Origin: Lama glama
Taxonomy: Eukaryota
Direction of reading: 5' to 3'
Assembly (NCBI GenBank): GCA_028534125.1
Contig: CM052816.1
Location: forward strand, 52,454,001 to 52,518,000
Length of the DNA stretch: 64,000 bases
Shown here one piece after another: positions 25,862 to 37,470 of this stretch (its first letter is position 1; each line of letters begins with the position of its first letter). Both the position numbers and the translations under genes were made by a program. A model generated the notes under the pieces. That model was not told where the DNA came from. It worked only from the letters and a program-made list of their open reading frames with translations, and did no database searches.

Positions 25862-26344
25862 TCCAAGATCAGTCTTCTGGTCCCCCTTCTGAAACCAGTG
25901 AAAGCCTCTATTTTATTGATACTGCACCCACCTGGAATTTCTTATGCTTGTCTTAATGGATAGATCTGTTAAAGTGAACCTGTGTCTGTCAGTGGTCCTA
26001 CCGCTGATCCTAGGAGGCCATTTCAGGTATCTGAAATAGAATCTTTTTATTATCTGCATCTTGGTATAGCTTCATCAGTAAATCTTACCAGGGAAACTCG
26101 CCAAGATCTCACATGTATTCATTCATTCCACAAACATTTATTAAATGTCTTTCATGAGCCAGGGATTTTATAAATGTTAGAAATACAGCAGAGAACAAGA
26201 CAAAAATCTTGTCCTTGCAGTGCTTACATTCTAACACAGAAAACAGGTGGTTAATAAAGAAATTGATAATATAATGCCAGACAGGGATACAAGCTATAAG
26301 GGACAACTAAGCAGAGTGAAGGTGTGAGTATGTGTCGAGATTTA

Positions 26345-26850
26345 TTGGTTTTTTGGCATATGAATGTCCAATTTGTCCAGCACCATTTGTTGAATTGCCT
26401 TTGTGTCTTTGAAAAAAGTCAGTTGACTATAATTGTGTGGGTTTATGTCTGAGCTTTCCATTTTGTTCCATTGATCTATCCTTTCACCAATACCACACTG
26501 TTCTGATCCATATATCTATAGAGTAAGTCTTGATATCAGGTCATGTGAGTCTTCCCACTTTTTGTTTTTCAAGAAAAAGAAAAATTCCTTTTCTGCCTAT
26601 TCTGGATTCCTTGAATTTTTGTGTGGATTTTAAGATCAGCTTATTGATTTCTGCAAAAGAGTCAGCTGGGATTTTGATAGAAATTGTCGAGTCTGTAGAT
26701 CAATTTGGGGAGTATTGCTATCTTAACAGTATCAAGTCTTCAAATCCATAAACATGAGTTGCTTTTTCACTGATTTAGTTATTTAATTTCTTTCAACAAT
26801 ACTTTGTAGTTTGCAGAGTGTAAGTTTTGCATTTTTTTGATTCAATTTTT
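26345..26850 (-). mobile_element. L1 ORF2 fragment, antisense
   Basis: Motifs CCAGCACCATTTGTTGAA, TTGTTCCATTGATCTAT and CTGTAGATCAATTTGGGGAG. Confidence 0.8.
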
Positions 26851-26864
26851 CCCTCCATACAGCC

Positions 26865-27000
26865 ACTCTCGTTATTTATAGCAGTTGTGTCCTATAAAGT
26901 TGCTGCAAATATTGAATTAGCCAATACTGAAATCCTGCTTCTAAGGGAAACGTGGACAAGGTTAGATTCTTGCGAGTCTCTGGTCATAGTTATGTTAGTC
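26865..27000. mobile_element. MER47/Tigger5-like DNA transposon fragment
   Basis: TGAATTAGCCAATACTGAA...GGTTAGATTCTTGCGAGTCTCTGGTCA resembles recalled MER47. Confidence 0.5.
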
Positions 27001-27374
27001 AAAATGCCATTTGCGTGTATAGGTTTGTTTGCCAGTGTCCTTGTAAAACAAGCCAATCTCAGCAGCTTTGAAAACCTGCTCTTCCACATAACCTTTTTCC
27101 TATATAACACTGAGGAGAAATTTTAAAATTCTTCCATAGCCAACCCTCCAGCCCAGGCAAGTGAGGTTAAGGCTTATACTCTAATTCCAGCCCTCATCAT
27201 AACCAGCTGTAACTTTGGGGAAGTCAAGTAGAATCCCCACTCTCAAACTCTAAAAAAAATTAGGCCGTGGATGAGAATATCCCCACAGTTCCACTCATTC
27301 TAGAGTTCCATAATTAAAAAAAAAAAAAAAAAGTCAGGGGGAGGGTGTGGTTGTTTAGAAATTTTAAAAGCCCA

Positions 27375-27393
27375 CAGCACCACCTGGTGGTCA
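27375..27393 (-). promoter_or_regulatory. Candidate CTCF motif (TGACCACCAGGTGGTGCTG)
   Basis: Close match to the CTCF core CCACCAGGTGGCGC. Motif only; no binding evidence. Confidence 0.45.
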
Positions 27394-27657
27394 AAGGGGA
27401 GAGGATGGCTGAGGAGAAGGGTTAATACACATGTCCAGCCACATCTGTATTTTGCTTGTTTGAATAAAATTTCACATTTCAGACAATTTCTCCTCTAAAA
27501 TGGCTACATGCAAGTGTGCTACTACCTATAAAAGCAATCCTACAGGTCATTATGTTTAAAATCACACCATGCATAGCATGCCTTGTAAATATAAAGACTC
27601 TAACCCTTGAATAGCCATCATTACTCAGCTATTACACTTTGGTTAAAAAACATTAGT

Positions 27658-27670
27658 AACAACAACAACA

Positions 27671-27719
<49 letters not shown>

Positions 27720-27720
27720 T
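27658..27720. repeat. (AAC)n(TAC)n compound trinucleotide microsatellite
   Basis: Directly visible. Confidence 0.97.
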
Positions 27721-27914
27721 CGAGCAAGTAGAACAATTACACAAAATAAAAATATACTTCATTATACCAAAAATTTCATCCTACTAAATTATTCACTTGT
27801 ATTTGAGTAAGAAAGTGATCATATTCAATTATAATCATCCCAAATGAAATAAATATCTGAGTCCATACTTATATAAACACATAGGTAAATGAATGAATGG
27901 ATAAAATTGTTAAG

Positions 27915-28234
27915 GAAAATGTCCAACAAGCGCATGAAAAGATGCTTGACGTGACTACTTGTTAGAGAAATGCAAATCAAGACTACAATGAGGTATCACC
28001 TCACACCAGTCAGAATGACCATCATTAAGTCCACAAATGATAAATGCTGGAGAAGGTGTGGAGAAAATGGAACCCTCCTACACTGCTGGTGGGAATGTAA
28101 ATTGGTGCAGCCACTGTGGAAGACAGTATGGAGGTTCCTGAAAAAACTAAAAATAAACTTACCATATGATCCAGCAATCCCACTCCTGAGCATATATCTG
28201 GAGGAAAATATAATACAAAAAGACACATGCACCC
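27915..28234 (+). mobile_element. Relatively young L1 ORF2 C-terminal segment running into the gap
   Basis: Translates to [16 protein letters not shown]...[32 protein letters not shown], the L1 ORF2 Cys-rich domain. Confidence 0.95.
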
Positions 28235-28734
28235 NNNNNNNNNNNNNNNNNNNNNNNNNNNNNNNNNNNNNNNNNNNNNNNNNNNNNNNNNNNNNNNNNN
28301 NNNNNNNNNNNNNNNNNNNNNNNNNNNNNNNNNNNNNNNNNNNNNNNNNNNNNNNNNNNNNNNNNNNNNNNNNNNNNNNNNNNNNNNNNNNNNNNNNNNN
28401 NNNNNNNNNNNNNNNNNNNNNNNNNNNNNNNNNNNNNNNNNNNNNNNNNNNNNNNNNNNNNNNNNNNNNNNNNNNNNNNNNNNNNNNNNNNNNNNNNNNN
28501 NNNNNNNNNNNNNNNNNNNNNNNNNNNNNNNNNNNNNNNNNNNNNNNNNNNNNNNNNNNNNNNNNNNNNNNNNNNNNNNNNNNNNNNNNNNNNNNNNNNN
28601 NNNNNNNNNNNNNNNNNNNNNNNNNNNNNNNNNNNNNNNNNNNNNNNNNNNNNNNNNNNNNNNNNNNNNNNNNNNNNNNNNNNNNNNNNNNNNNNNNNNN
28701 NNNNNNNNNNNNNNNNNNNNNNNNNNNNNNNNNN
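28235..28734. other. Assembly gap (500 N); probable orientation breakpoint
   Basis: Run of exactly 500 N, with an L1 ORF2 segment on its left. SERINC5 orientation differs between the two sides. Confidence 0.99.
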
Positions 28735-31700
28735 TCTCCTGAGTACACCCTGCAGTCAGTTCACAGTGATGTTTAACCGTGCTTCAGTGGTTCCTGGAGT
28801 CGCCAGAGCTTTGATCCAGTATGTTAAGAGGTGCTGAAATTTGGTAGATGAGCTACTTTACTTTTAGTTTTTAACCTTCAGTGTTAGGAATTTGAAAGCA
28901 TTAGAGTAAGTTTTGTTTTGGGGAAAGCTGTCCCATTCCTGTACTAGTCATGGGGGATTAGAAAAAAAAAAAAGAAATGATTACTACTTAAAGGATCTGG
29001 TTAAACAGATAAGAAATGGAAAAAAGGATGCAGACCCCGTTGATGATAAGTGTTCTGCCCAGTGAGGAGATGGTAGATACCGTGAGGTGTGAAGTGTTAG
29101 GCAGAGAAAATATTGCTCTCTTTTTAGAGTATAATTTGAATAAAATTATTTTAAGGGGAAGAATCTTAAGTCTAATTCTAACCAACCTACTCATTTGACA
29201 GATGAGAGGATGTGGCCCAGGGCAGTGAGGTGGCTTGTCCAAGGCCGTGACACCAGGAGGAGCTGGGACTAGGACCCAGGACTGCTGGCGCCCTGGCCAG
29301 TGGGTGCCTTTCCTGCCTGTCCGCTGGGTTTGGTTGTTGCTCAGATGTTTAGCAAAACCCTCCCTCTTGATTCCTGCTCTTTACCTGGACTAGGTGGTGA
29401 GGGAGCAGTAGTCCTTCTGGAAACAGTACCGCCTCGGGCCCTCAAGGCTTTCTTAGCTTATCTTCCTCACCTGCCTCCTTCCTGCTGCGAAAGCCAGAAG
29501 CTGGGCCCCAGGGACGGCGGTTAGTCTGAGGCAGAAAATAGGGGCAACCGCAAATTTCGTCTTTATTTATTCGGTGGTTTTGCATGTGGAATAGAACCCG
29601 CCTTCAAGTTGTGTTTGGTGTGACCATCTTTACAAAGTAAACAAATAGCAGCAACGAAAAATATTCCACTTTGATCCCAAACACCATGTAGTTCGTCCCA
29701 GCATAGACGGCAGGTATTCCTGCTGAAGCTGGAAAGTCTGGCTCTGGTTTGGATTTTGGTCTTTGCTGCTTGAATGTTAGGGGAACTGTGGACCTGAGAC
29801 CTGCCTCAGGTGTTGCTACAGGGCATTGAAGTTCTGTAGAGTAGAACTCCCCATCCTTAGCTGGCGTTGTATGTTTTTGTGTTAGAACAAGTGTCGAATT
29901 ATAAAAATTCCTGACCCAGTTCTTTGATTCTGGAGTTTTGTTTTTAATCCAGCTGAGATAGAATGCTTTTCAAAAGTTCTCTTTCTGAACAGCAGATGGT
30001 TTGTATTGTTGTTGTACGTTTTATGTGTCAGTGTATCAGTGAGCACCTCTCTGAGGTTAAAGGTGGGTCTGGGCCATTGAACTTCATGTTCTCTGTAGAA
30101 CACAGAGGGAAAAGTCTCACTGTGGCCTAATCAGAGTTTCCCTGGGGGGAGCCGGCAGTGAGATTTTACCTCTTAAATCTTCTGGGTTCCCTCCTCTCCA
30201 AGTTGGGATGACTCTGGGGACACAGGTTTCCAAACAGTTCTATCTTAGATCTAAATTTCATCCTATACTCCAGACGTAATACCATGTGGGAAAAACACAG
30301 TCCCTGCAGCTGTCCCTTGTCCCATCGCTTCTCTTCTCACTCAGGCCTCCGCTTCCTGCACACAGTGAACGCGGGGGAATATGACGGTGGGAAATACTTT
30401 TGTTCTGCAGGCAGTGATTTGAACTAATGTAAACCCTGCTGAGAGCCTTTTTGAGTCTGAACCAGAGACAAAGAGGTTTGATCCTCGTCCAGTAGTAATG
30501 AGCTTGCCAGGAGCCAGAAAACAAGAAACAATAGTTATTGTCCTGGGTCTGGAGGATCTGCGACCCAGAAGCTTTTGTGGGGCGTCAGATGTTAATGGGA
30601 TCTCCGTTTCAGAATCCCTCTGACTGTAGGGGGGGGACAGTGATAAGATGCGAGAACTGAAGTTCTCCTAACCCTTTTTTCTGTCATCATCAAAAGCGCC
30701 TGTTAAGCAACTATCCGTAGACGGGGCCTTGGAGCACTCCGCAGATAAATAGGACAGTTGGAAACAGTTCTGTCGCTGTAAAAACGGGGCAGGAGGGAAC
30801 AGACAAGTGGCACAACAACAGTAGCCTCCAATCGCTGGGAGCAGGAAACATAAATACCGTGAATAGTTGAGTCTTGATACTTGATAATAGAGTTTAAAGG
30901 GTGATCGTGATACTTGGTTAGACTGTAGTCATGTAATTTACCCCTCCCTCCTTTCCTGCCCGTGTAAGGGCCCAGCACTGTGCGAGGTGCAGGGGATGTG
31001 GATGTGAGTAACATGTGGTTGTCCTTAGAGACCCGGGCCTCAGGCAGTGAGTGGATACAGAAGGAGCCCCCAGCATTAGACTGCTGTGCTTGTGGTTGTG
31101 TTTGAAAGTTAAAAATATGCGAAGTCCATTAGCAACTCTCAGACAGTGGTGTCCGCGTAGCTTTGCCTTCTGTTAACCTTTGGGGTCACACTGGAGCTCA
31201 GGAATGCCTTCTCCCCGCCCTTATCAGAGGCCTGGGAGCTGAGGTGAGGTAGGAGGTTTGTAAGAGGAAATCTACAGCAGCGTTGAGCTTAATCACAAAG
31301 GGGCTTGGGTATTTTAGGGGTGTGGTTTTTAATTTTCAGTGTGACTGTTTCTACAGCCTTAAAATTAAGTCTAAAATTATCCCTTGACATGCTGACTTTC
31401 ATCTGTGTGGGCTTTATTTTTGGCTCTGGGGACTGTGTTTGCATAACAGATGTGAAGACTTTTCTATGATGAGGGCTTCTGACCCACAGAGAAAAGCATT
31501 GAACTCACAGACTCGTCCTTCTCCAGTCCTCTGCCACCTCCTCCGCAAAGCTTTTTTTTTTCCTTGCAGGCAGCTAAATTAAAATACTTAATCTGCAGCT
31601 CTAACACTGACATATGGGAGATGGGCGATTTAATTCACTTAAAGCACAAGTTCCATTTTGGGACAGTGCACTGGAGAAGGCAGGAAACTCAGAAGAGTCC

Positions 31701-31835
31701 ATATGAGCTGGTTGGGTCTCCATTGTCCTTTGGCTTTTGATCTGTAGAGTAGGTCATCACCAGCTGAGGCGGTTCTGCACAGCCCCCTCGGCTCTCCTTC
31801 CTGGTAGTCCTGGAGCAGGCGAACTGTCCCTTTGA

Positions 31836-32030
31836 AGCAAACTGTTCCTGTAAAGCGCCAGCTAGTAAACACTTTGCACTTTGAGGGCCGTGTTGGTCTG
31901 TAGCAGCTACTCATCTCTGCGGCCAAAACAATATGCCGACAAAAGAGTATGGCTGTGTCACAATAAAACTTTATTTACACAAACAGGAGCTAGCTGGATT
32001 TGACCCACAGGCTGTTGTTTGCTCTGCTGG
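31836..32030. mobile_element. MER58A-like hAT DNA transposon
   Basis: CAAACT...CTGTAAAG...AGTAAA...GGCTGTGT...CAATAAAACTTTATTTAC...GATTTGACCCACAGGC. Confidence 0.75.
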
Positions 32031-33319
32031 CACTTGTTAGATAGACCTCGGTGGCCCAATGCATGTCGTAGGCAGTTACCGTCCCCTTCTCTCCTCAGGG
32101 GAAACTTCGGTGGCCTAAACTTTGTGCTGAGGGTGTCGGAGCTCTTGATGGAGCTGCAGATAGCTGGACTGTGGGAGCCACAAACTGGGTTGACCAAGCA
32201 AGAACAATGGAGCAGTAAATTTAGTGTGACACCTTTAGCAGTATTATGCCTTACTCTTTCTGGCCTTTTGAAATGCGTCATAAATCATTCACAGGTAAAA
32301 ATAATTTGGATTTGCATATAATATGTCACCTCTATATTCCAAGTTCACACATTCAAGAAGTTGGCTGACTGAGGGCTCACTTAGGCCATCAACACATCTT
32401 CCCACTGTTAAGTGGTCTGACTAGAAAGCTCTGCCTGTTTAGACATTTAGGCCACTTTATAGAATCTCCAGCATCTCTGTGTTCCAGAGAGATCCACTGT
32501 GTTTCAGTGGCCCCTGTTCCTCCCAGGGCAGCATGGACTCCTCCATCGGACCTGTGTTCTGGGGAAGTGGGGGGTGTGGGGGGTTGTGGGGCAACAACCA
32601 TATTTCCCATTTGAAACAAAGTCCAGATCTCCAGAGCTGCGGTTTTTCTCTTTGGGGTTAGACATGGATTTGTTTTCTGGACTCAGAGGGCCCCCTCCCC
32701 AACCCACCCGCCTCGATTATGAGGGCCAGTATTTACCGTTTAAGACGCTCAGAAGTGGGGATGCTCACCCTGGAGGCGGGGCAGCAGAGACTTCCTGGCC
32801 TGGGTGGGTGTGTGGCAGCTCTGTTGGTACCGCTGTTCCTCTTTTCTCTCCCTGTTAACCCCAACCCTAGAGTTTTCAGAAGCTCTCCCTGTGGAGAGTC
32901 AGGCATGATATGTCTATTAAAATTGAAAACATATCAATTTTTATGACCCAATACTCCACCTTCTGGGTATCTGTTCTCCTTAATGCTCTGCATGTGGATA
33001 GATGCACAATGTGGACGCCATCCATTGCACATTGTTTATAATAATGAAAACTCAGAAACAATGTAATTGTCACTAGTGTCACAGAAACTAAGTTATGATT
33101 GGTCTGGGTTGTGGATTTCTATCTAGTAGTTAAAAAGGATGTAAACAGATTTATGTGTTGAACATACAGTAATCTGTACAACATAATGAGTGGGGAGTAA
33201 CACAGCAAAGGGTCAGGAAGGTTACACAAGAAACTGCAATGGTGGTTCCCTCTGGGAAGCAGTCAGGTTAGGGTTGAAGTAATGATGGTCAAGGGGATTC
33301 AGTTATCTGCATCTTTTTT

Positions 33320-33630
33320 TTCTTAAGTGAAGTGTAGTTGATTTACAATGTCATGTTAGTTTCTGGTGTACAGCAAAGTGTGTGTGTGTGTGTATATGTA
33401 TATACACATATACATAATACTTTTTCATATTTTCTGTTATAGTTTATTACAAAATTCAAGATATTGAATATAGTTCACTGTGCTATACAGTAGGACCTTG
33501 TTGTTTATCTATTTTATATATAGTAGTTAGTATCTACTAATCCCAAACTCCTCTAATTTATCCCTCCCAATCCCCATTTCTCCTTTGGTAACTAAGTTTG
33601 TTTTCAACATCTGTGTGTTTGTTTCTTTGT
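33320..33630 (-). mobile_element. L1 3' UTR (artiodactyl-type), antisense
   Basis: TGAAGTGTAGTTGATTTACAATG...TGTGCTATACAGTAGGACCTTGTTG. Confidence 0.85.
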
Positions 33631-33829
33631 TGTAATTTACATTTTCTTGGGTAAGAAGAATATAATTATATATTGCTTGTATAACTGTAAGTAAATACAT
33701 TTTGGAATGATCCTTGGACTCTTCTGTTTGCAGTTAGATTTCTTGCAAGTGGAGGTAAAAGGCCTGCTGGGTTCACTTCCTGCCCCATACCCAGCCCCCC
33801 TGACTGTCTCCTCTCCTCGCCTGCCTACA

Positions 33830-34120
33830 GCCATCTGTTTGGCTTCTGCCCCTAACCCTGCTCTAGAGAATATTCTGATCTCTGCCTCCAATGACTCTTT
33901 ATTGCCAAATCCAGTGTTATTTCTGAATCCTCATCACTTTGGCGGTATTTGACACTGCTGACCACACTCTGCTTCTTGAAAGCCCCCCTCAGCTCTTCTC
34001 TGGTTCTGTACCTTTTCAGTTTCTTCTTCCCCTTCCCCCTTCTTCCCAGCCCCTGGGAAGCGTCCTGGGCACCTCTGTCTCCTCCTCCCTCCTTCACCCA
34101 CATTCCTCTCCCCATGAGTT
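33830..34120 (+). mobile_element. L2 fragment
   Basis: ATTGCCAAATCCAGTG and ATTTGACACTGCTGACCAC...CTTCTTGAAA. Confidence 0.6.
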
Positions 34121-34578
34121 TATTTACTCCACTGAAAGCCTCCTTCCATCTCTGCTGGTCACTTACCTTATCTCTAGACCTGCTACCTTTCTGGAGCACC
34201 GCACCCTTGCCTGGCCATCTGCCCACACTTCCCTGTGATAATGGCAACCTACCATTAAGTGAATTACTCCCCACCCTGAAATTGCTCTCCTATGATCCCT
34301 ACCCACTGCTGGGCCGCCATCTGACCAGCTGCCAAGCTGGAAACTGGGAATCTTAGTCCTGGGTTCCTCTGCCTTTACTGATAGGCCACATCAGCACACA
34401 GGTCCTGCCTGCTCCCTGGCCCCCAAGCCCCACTGCTCTTGCCTCTTTGAAGAGTTCTATGAGTTTTTGCTGGAATTCTTATTTCTCCTTCAAGATCAGT
34501 AACTCTTGTGGTTCTTGTTTGTACGTTCTGCCTCTGTTATTACCTAATTGTCTAAGCAGATTGACGTTAGCTGGTCCT

Positions 34579-35040
34579 GTTGCCTCAAAACCATCCTCTG
34601 TACCCAGAAAACAGATTGAGGCTCGGAGGCAGAGTTTGGGGAAGGGTAGAAAAGAACAGCTTCATTGCTTTGCCAGACGAAGGGGAGTCATGGCAGACTC
34701 GTGCCTTAGAGACTGTGAGTCTGTCTTGGGGTTGAGGTCTTGAGGTTTATAGAAAGACTGGAAGGAACAGAAAAGGTGACCACAATCAGGGCCTTCTACA
34801 GGGCACTGCTACATTCCTCTGAACCTCGATGACTCGTGGAGGGTCTGTCTGCTCTTCTGAGATTATTGGCCCATTACCTCCTTCCTGGTTAAAGCTGTTG
34901 GATGTAAGGGGAAAGTTTGGCGGGGGGGGTTGGTGTTTAGCACAAAAGCAGTAAGAGAGAGAAAGCAAACTGCAGGATTTCTTAGAAGGAATCAGCAGTT
35001 CCAGCCTCAGGGAAGGTAGTTCGAGTCCTGCTCCTTCCAT
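34579..35040 (-). mobile_element. Probable solo ERV LTR
   Basis: Begins TGTTGCC and resembles recalled artiodactyl ERV LTRs in reverse orientation. Boundaries approximate. Confidence 0.5.
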
Positions 35041-36272
35041 CCCTGTTGCCTTCTGTGGAACAGCCCTTCAAACCATCATTAGTCAGTTCTCTGACAGAAT
35101 CTCAGATTGAAAGGTTATTACTTAAAGTTTGATTGGAGTTGTTTTCTAACTGTCTAATCATATTTGTGGCGGTTTGATCCTGATGAAATGCTCGTGGTGG
35201 AGGAGGAGCTGTGAGCACTAGTGTCCGAGATTCTGAGGAGTTACTATTTGGGGACATTTAGTTCCTGATTGCAGAGGTGGCGGGGTCAAATAAAACCAGG
35301 CTCGGTGGAATTTTTGTTCTCCTTAAGGCTTTTTAATAATGACACAATACAGACTTTTCTCTTAAAAATCCTTAGAAACTTGGACAAAAGGAAAGTGAAT
35401 ACTGATTGATACTGTTTTTTAAAATAGCCCCCACATCCCAAAAAGGGCCTCAAAGGTTACAATTGACTGAAAATGAGCCTTGGTTGCCTGGAGACTGATT
35501 CTAGGGTAGGATGGAACTGATTTTAGCTTTCCTTCTCCATTTCTCAGCTCCTGTCCATTGGTGGGTAACATAGACATCCCTGCCGTGGACACTGGAATTA
35601 TTCCACAGAGGAAAATAATTGTCTTAGAAAGCTTGAAAATAATTGGAATATTAGAAAAGGGAGAGGCTCTCAATTCTGAAACTGGAATTTGTTTCAAGTA
35701 AGAGGTATTAAACAGAACCTGCAGATCTGATTCTTCTAGTTTGATATTACTCATGCTGAGCTGCCCAAAGCTTTCTTGGCGGCTGGGTTTCATTCAGTGC
35801 CCTCAAAATTTGATGCAATGAAATGTAAGATTCATTATCTTTGCTAATATGCCATTTTCTCATTTCTCCCAAATAATGCTTTAATAATATAGGGGCACAA
35901 CTCTCCTTTTCCTCTTCTGCATTTATTTCTGTAAGAACCACGCCCGAAAGTCTGTACTTTATTTCTAAGTTTACAGCATCTGGGCCCCAGGCCATCTAGA
36001 CCTGTTGACTTTTCTGTAACTCTTCTGTTGTTTCTTTACATTTATTTGCCTGGGAATGAAATTATTTTGGTGGGTGGTATAGCTAGCATCTCTCTTTTAT
36101 AGGGAAAATTATATGGATTTTCTAGCTTCCACCTCTTTGAGCTTAATACTGGTGTTGATATTTTGAAATGTCTTCCCTGGTTTGGAAGTTCAGATGTATT
36201 TTCTTTCAGGTGGTGACTAGGTCTCTGAAAGACAGGTACTGGGTACTGTTTTTTTAGAACTCAGTTCTTAAA

Positions 36273-36741
36273 CAGGCATACCTGGTTTTATTGCACTTTG
36301 CAGATACTACATTTTTTACAAATTGAAGGTTTGTGATAACCCTGCACTGACCAAGTCTATCCGTACCATTTTCTGAACAGTATTTGCTTACTTCATGTCT
36401 CTTTCACATTTTGGTAATTCTTTCAATATTTCACCCTTTTTCATTCATACTGTATTTGTTATGTCATTTGTGATCAATGATCTTTGATGTCATTAACATG
36501 ACTCACTGAAGGCTCAGATGATGGTTAGAATTTTTGAGCAATACAGTATTTTTAAATTAAGGTATTTACAGTGTTTTCTACCCATAATGCTGATGCACAC
36601 TTAATAGACTGCAGTATAGTGTGAACATAAGTTTTATGTGCACTGGGAAACCAAAAAATTGGTGTGACTTGCTATACTGTTATACTTGCTTTATTGTGGT
36701 GATCTGGAACCAAACCTGCGATATCTCTGAAGTCTGCCTAT
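36273..36741. mobile_element. Tigger1 internal-deletion derivative with both ends
   Basis: Terminal inverted repeats CAGGCATACCT... and ...GAAGTCTGCCTA. Tigger1 motifs TTTTACAAATTGAAGGTTTGTG and ACTGAAGGCTCAGATGAT are joined directly. Confidence 0.85.
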
Positions 36742-36787
36742 ATGAATGTGCCAGGCAAGGATTCACCTTATTGAAAGTTACCTGGTA

Positions 36788-37094
36788 CAGTTGTCCCTTA
36801 GTATCCATGGGAGAGTGGTTCCAGGACCCTCTCAGATACCAAAATCCACCAGCGCTCAATTCCCATATATAAAATGGTGTTGTGTATAATTTACACACCT
36901 ACTCTTACATGCTTTAAATCTTCTCTAGATTACTTATACCTAATACAGTATAAATGCTATGTAAATACTTGCTGGTGCCTGGCAAGTTCAGGTTTCACTT
37001 TTTGGAACTAAATGAAAAAAATTTTTTAAATATTTTCCATCTGTGGTTGGTTAAATCTGGGAATGTGAAACTGGCAGATATGGAGGTCTGACTG
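36788..37094. mobile_element. MER2 (Tc1/mariner-Tigger type) element
   Basis: TA|CAGTTGTCCCT...GTATCCATGGG...GGTTCCAGGACCC...GATATGGAGG...ACTG|TA, with TA target-site duplication. Confidence 0.88.
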
Positions 37095-37309
37095 TATCTT
37101 TCAATATGAATCCTTTGGTAAAGTGAATAGAGCATCTACTGAATTCTAAGATGTTCATCTCTCCCCATGTTTAAACCAGAATGTATCAACCAGTCAAGGG
37201 TTCATGAAATGTGCCTGGCTTCTCCCCCAAGAGTTCTTTTTATAAACTAGATAGTACCTTAGAACTAAGGAAGCTTAATGGCTACTTTGGATTTAGGAGC
37301 TCTGATGAG

Positions 37310-37470
37310 CACTTTGTACAAGGAGTAACTGATGTAATTCTCAGGACAACTTCATGAGGTGGAAGGCAGTATTATTTCGTTGTACAGGTAGGGAAATCGA
37401 GGCTCAGAAAGGGTGTGTAATTTGCCCGAGTTGTCGGTGGAGTTAAGGTTGGAAGTCCAGTGAGCTGTTT
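37310..37470 (-). mobile_element. MIR
   Basis: TACAGGTAGGGAAATCGAGGCTCAGAAAGG...AATTTGCCC, the MIR core. Confidence 0.65.

Noticed and set aside
27607..27810. ORF with poly-Asn and poly-Tyr
   Set aside because: Translation of the (AAC)n(TAC)n microsatellite.
27970..28776. 268-aa ORF starting [10 protein letters not shown]
   Set aside because: L1 ORF2 fragment extended through the N gap; not a host gene.
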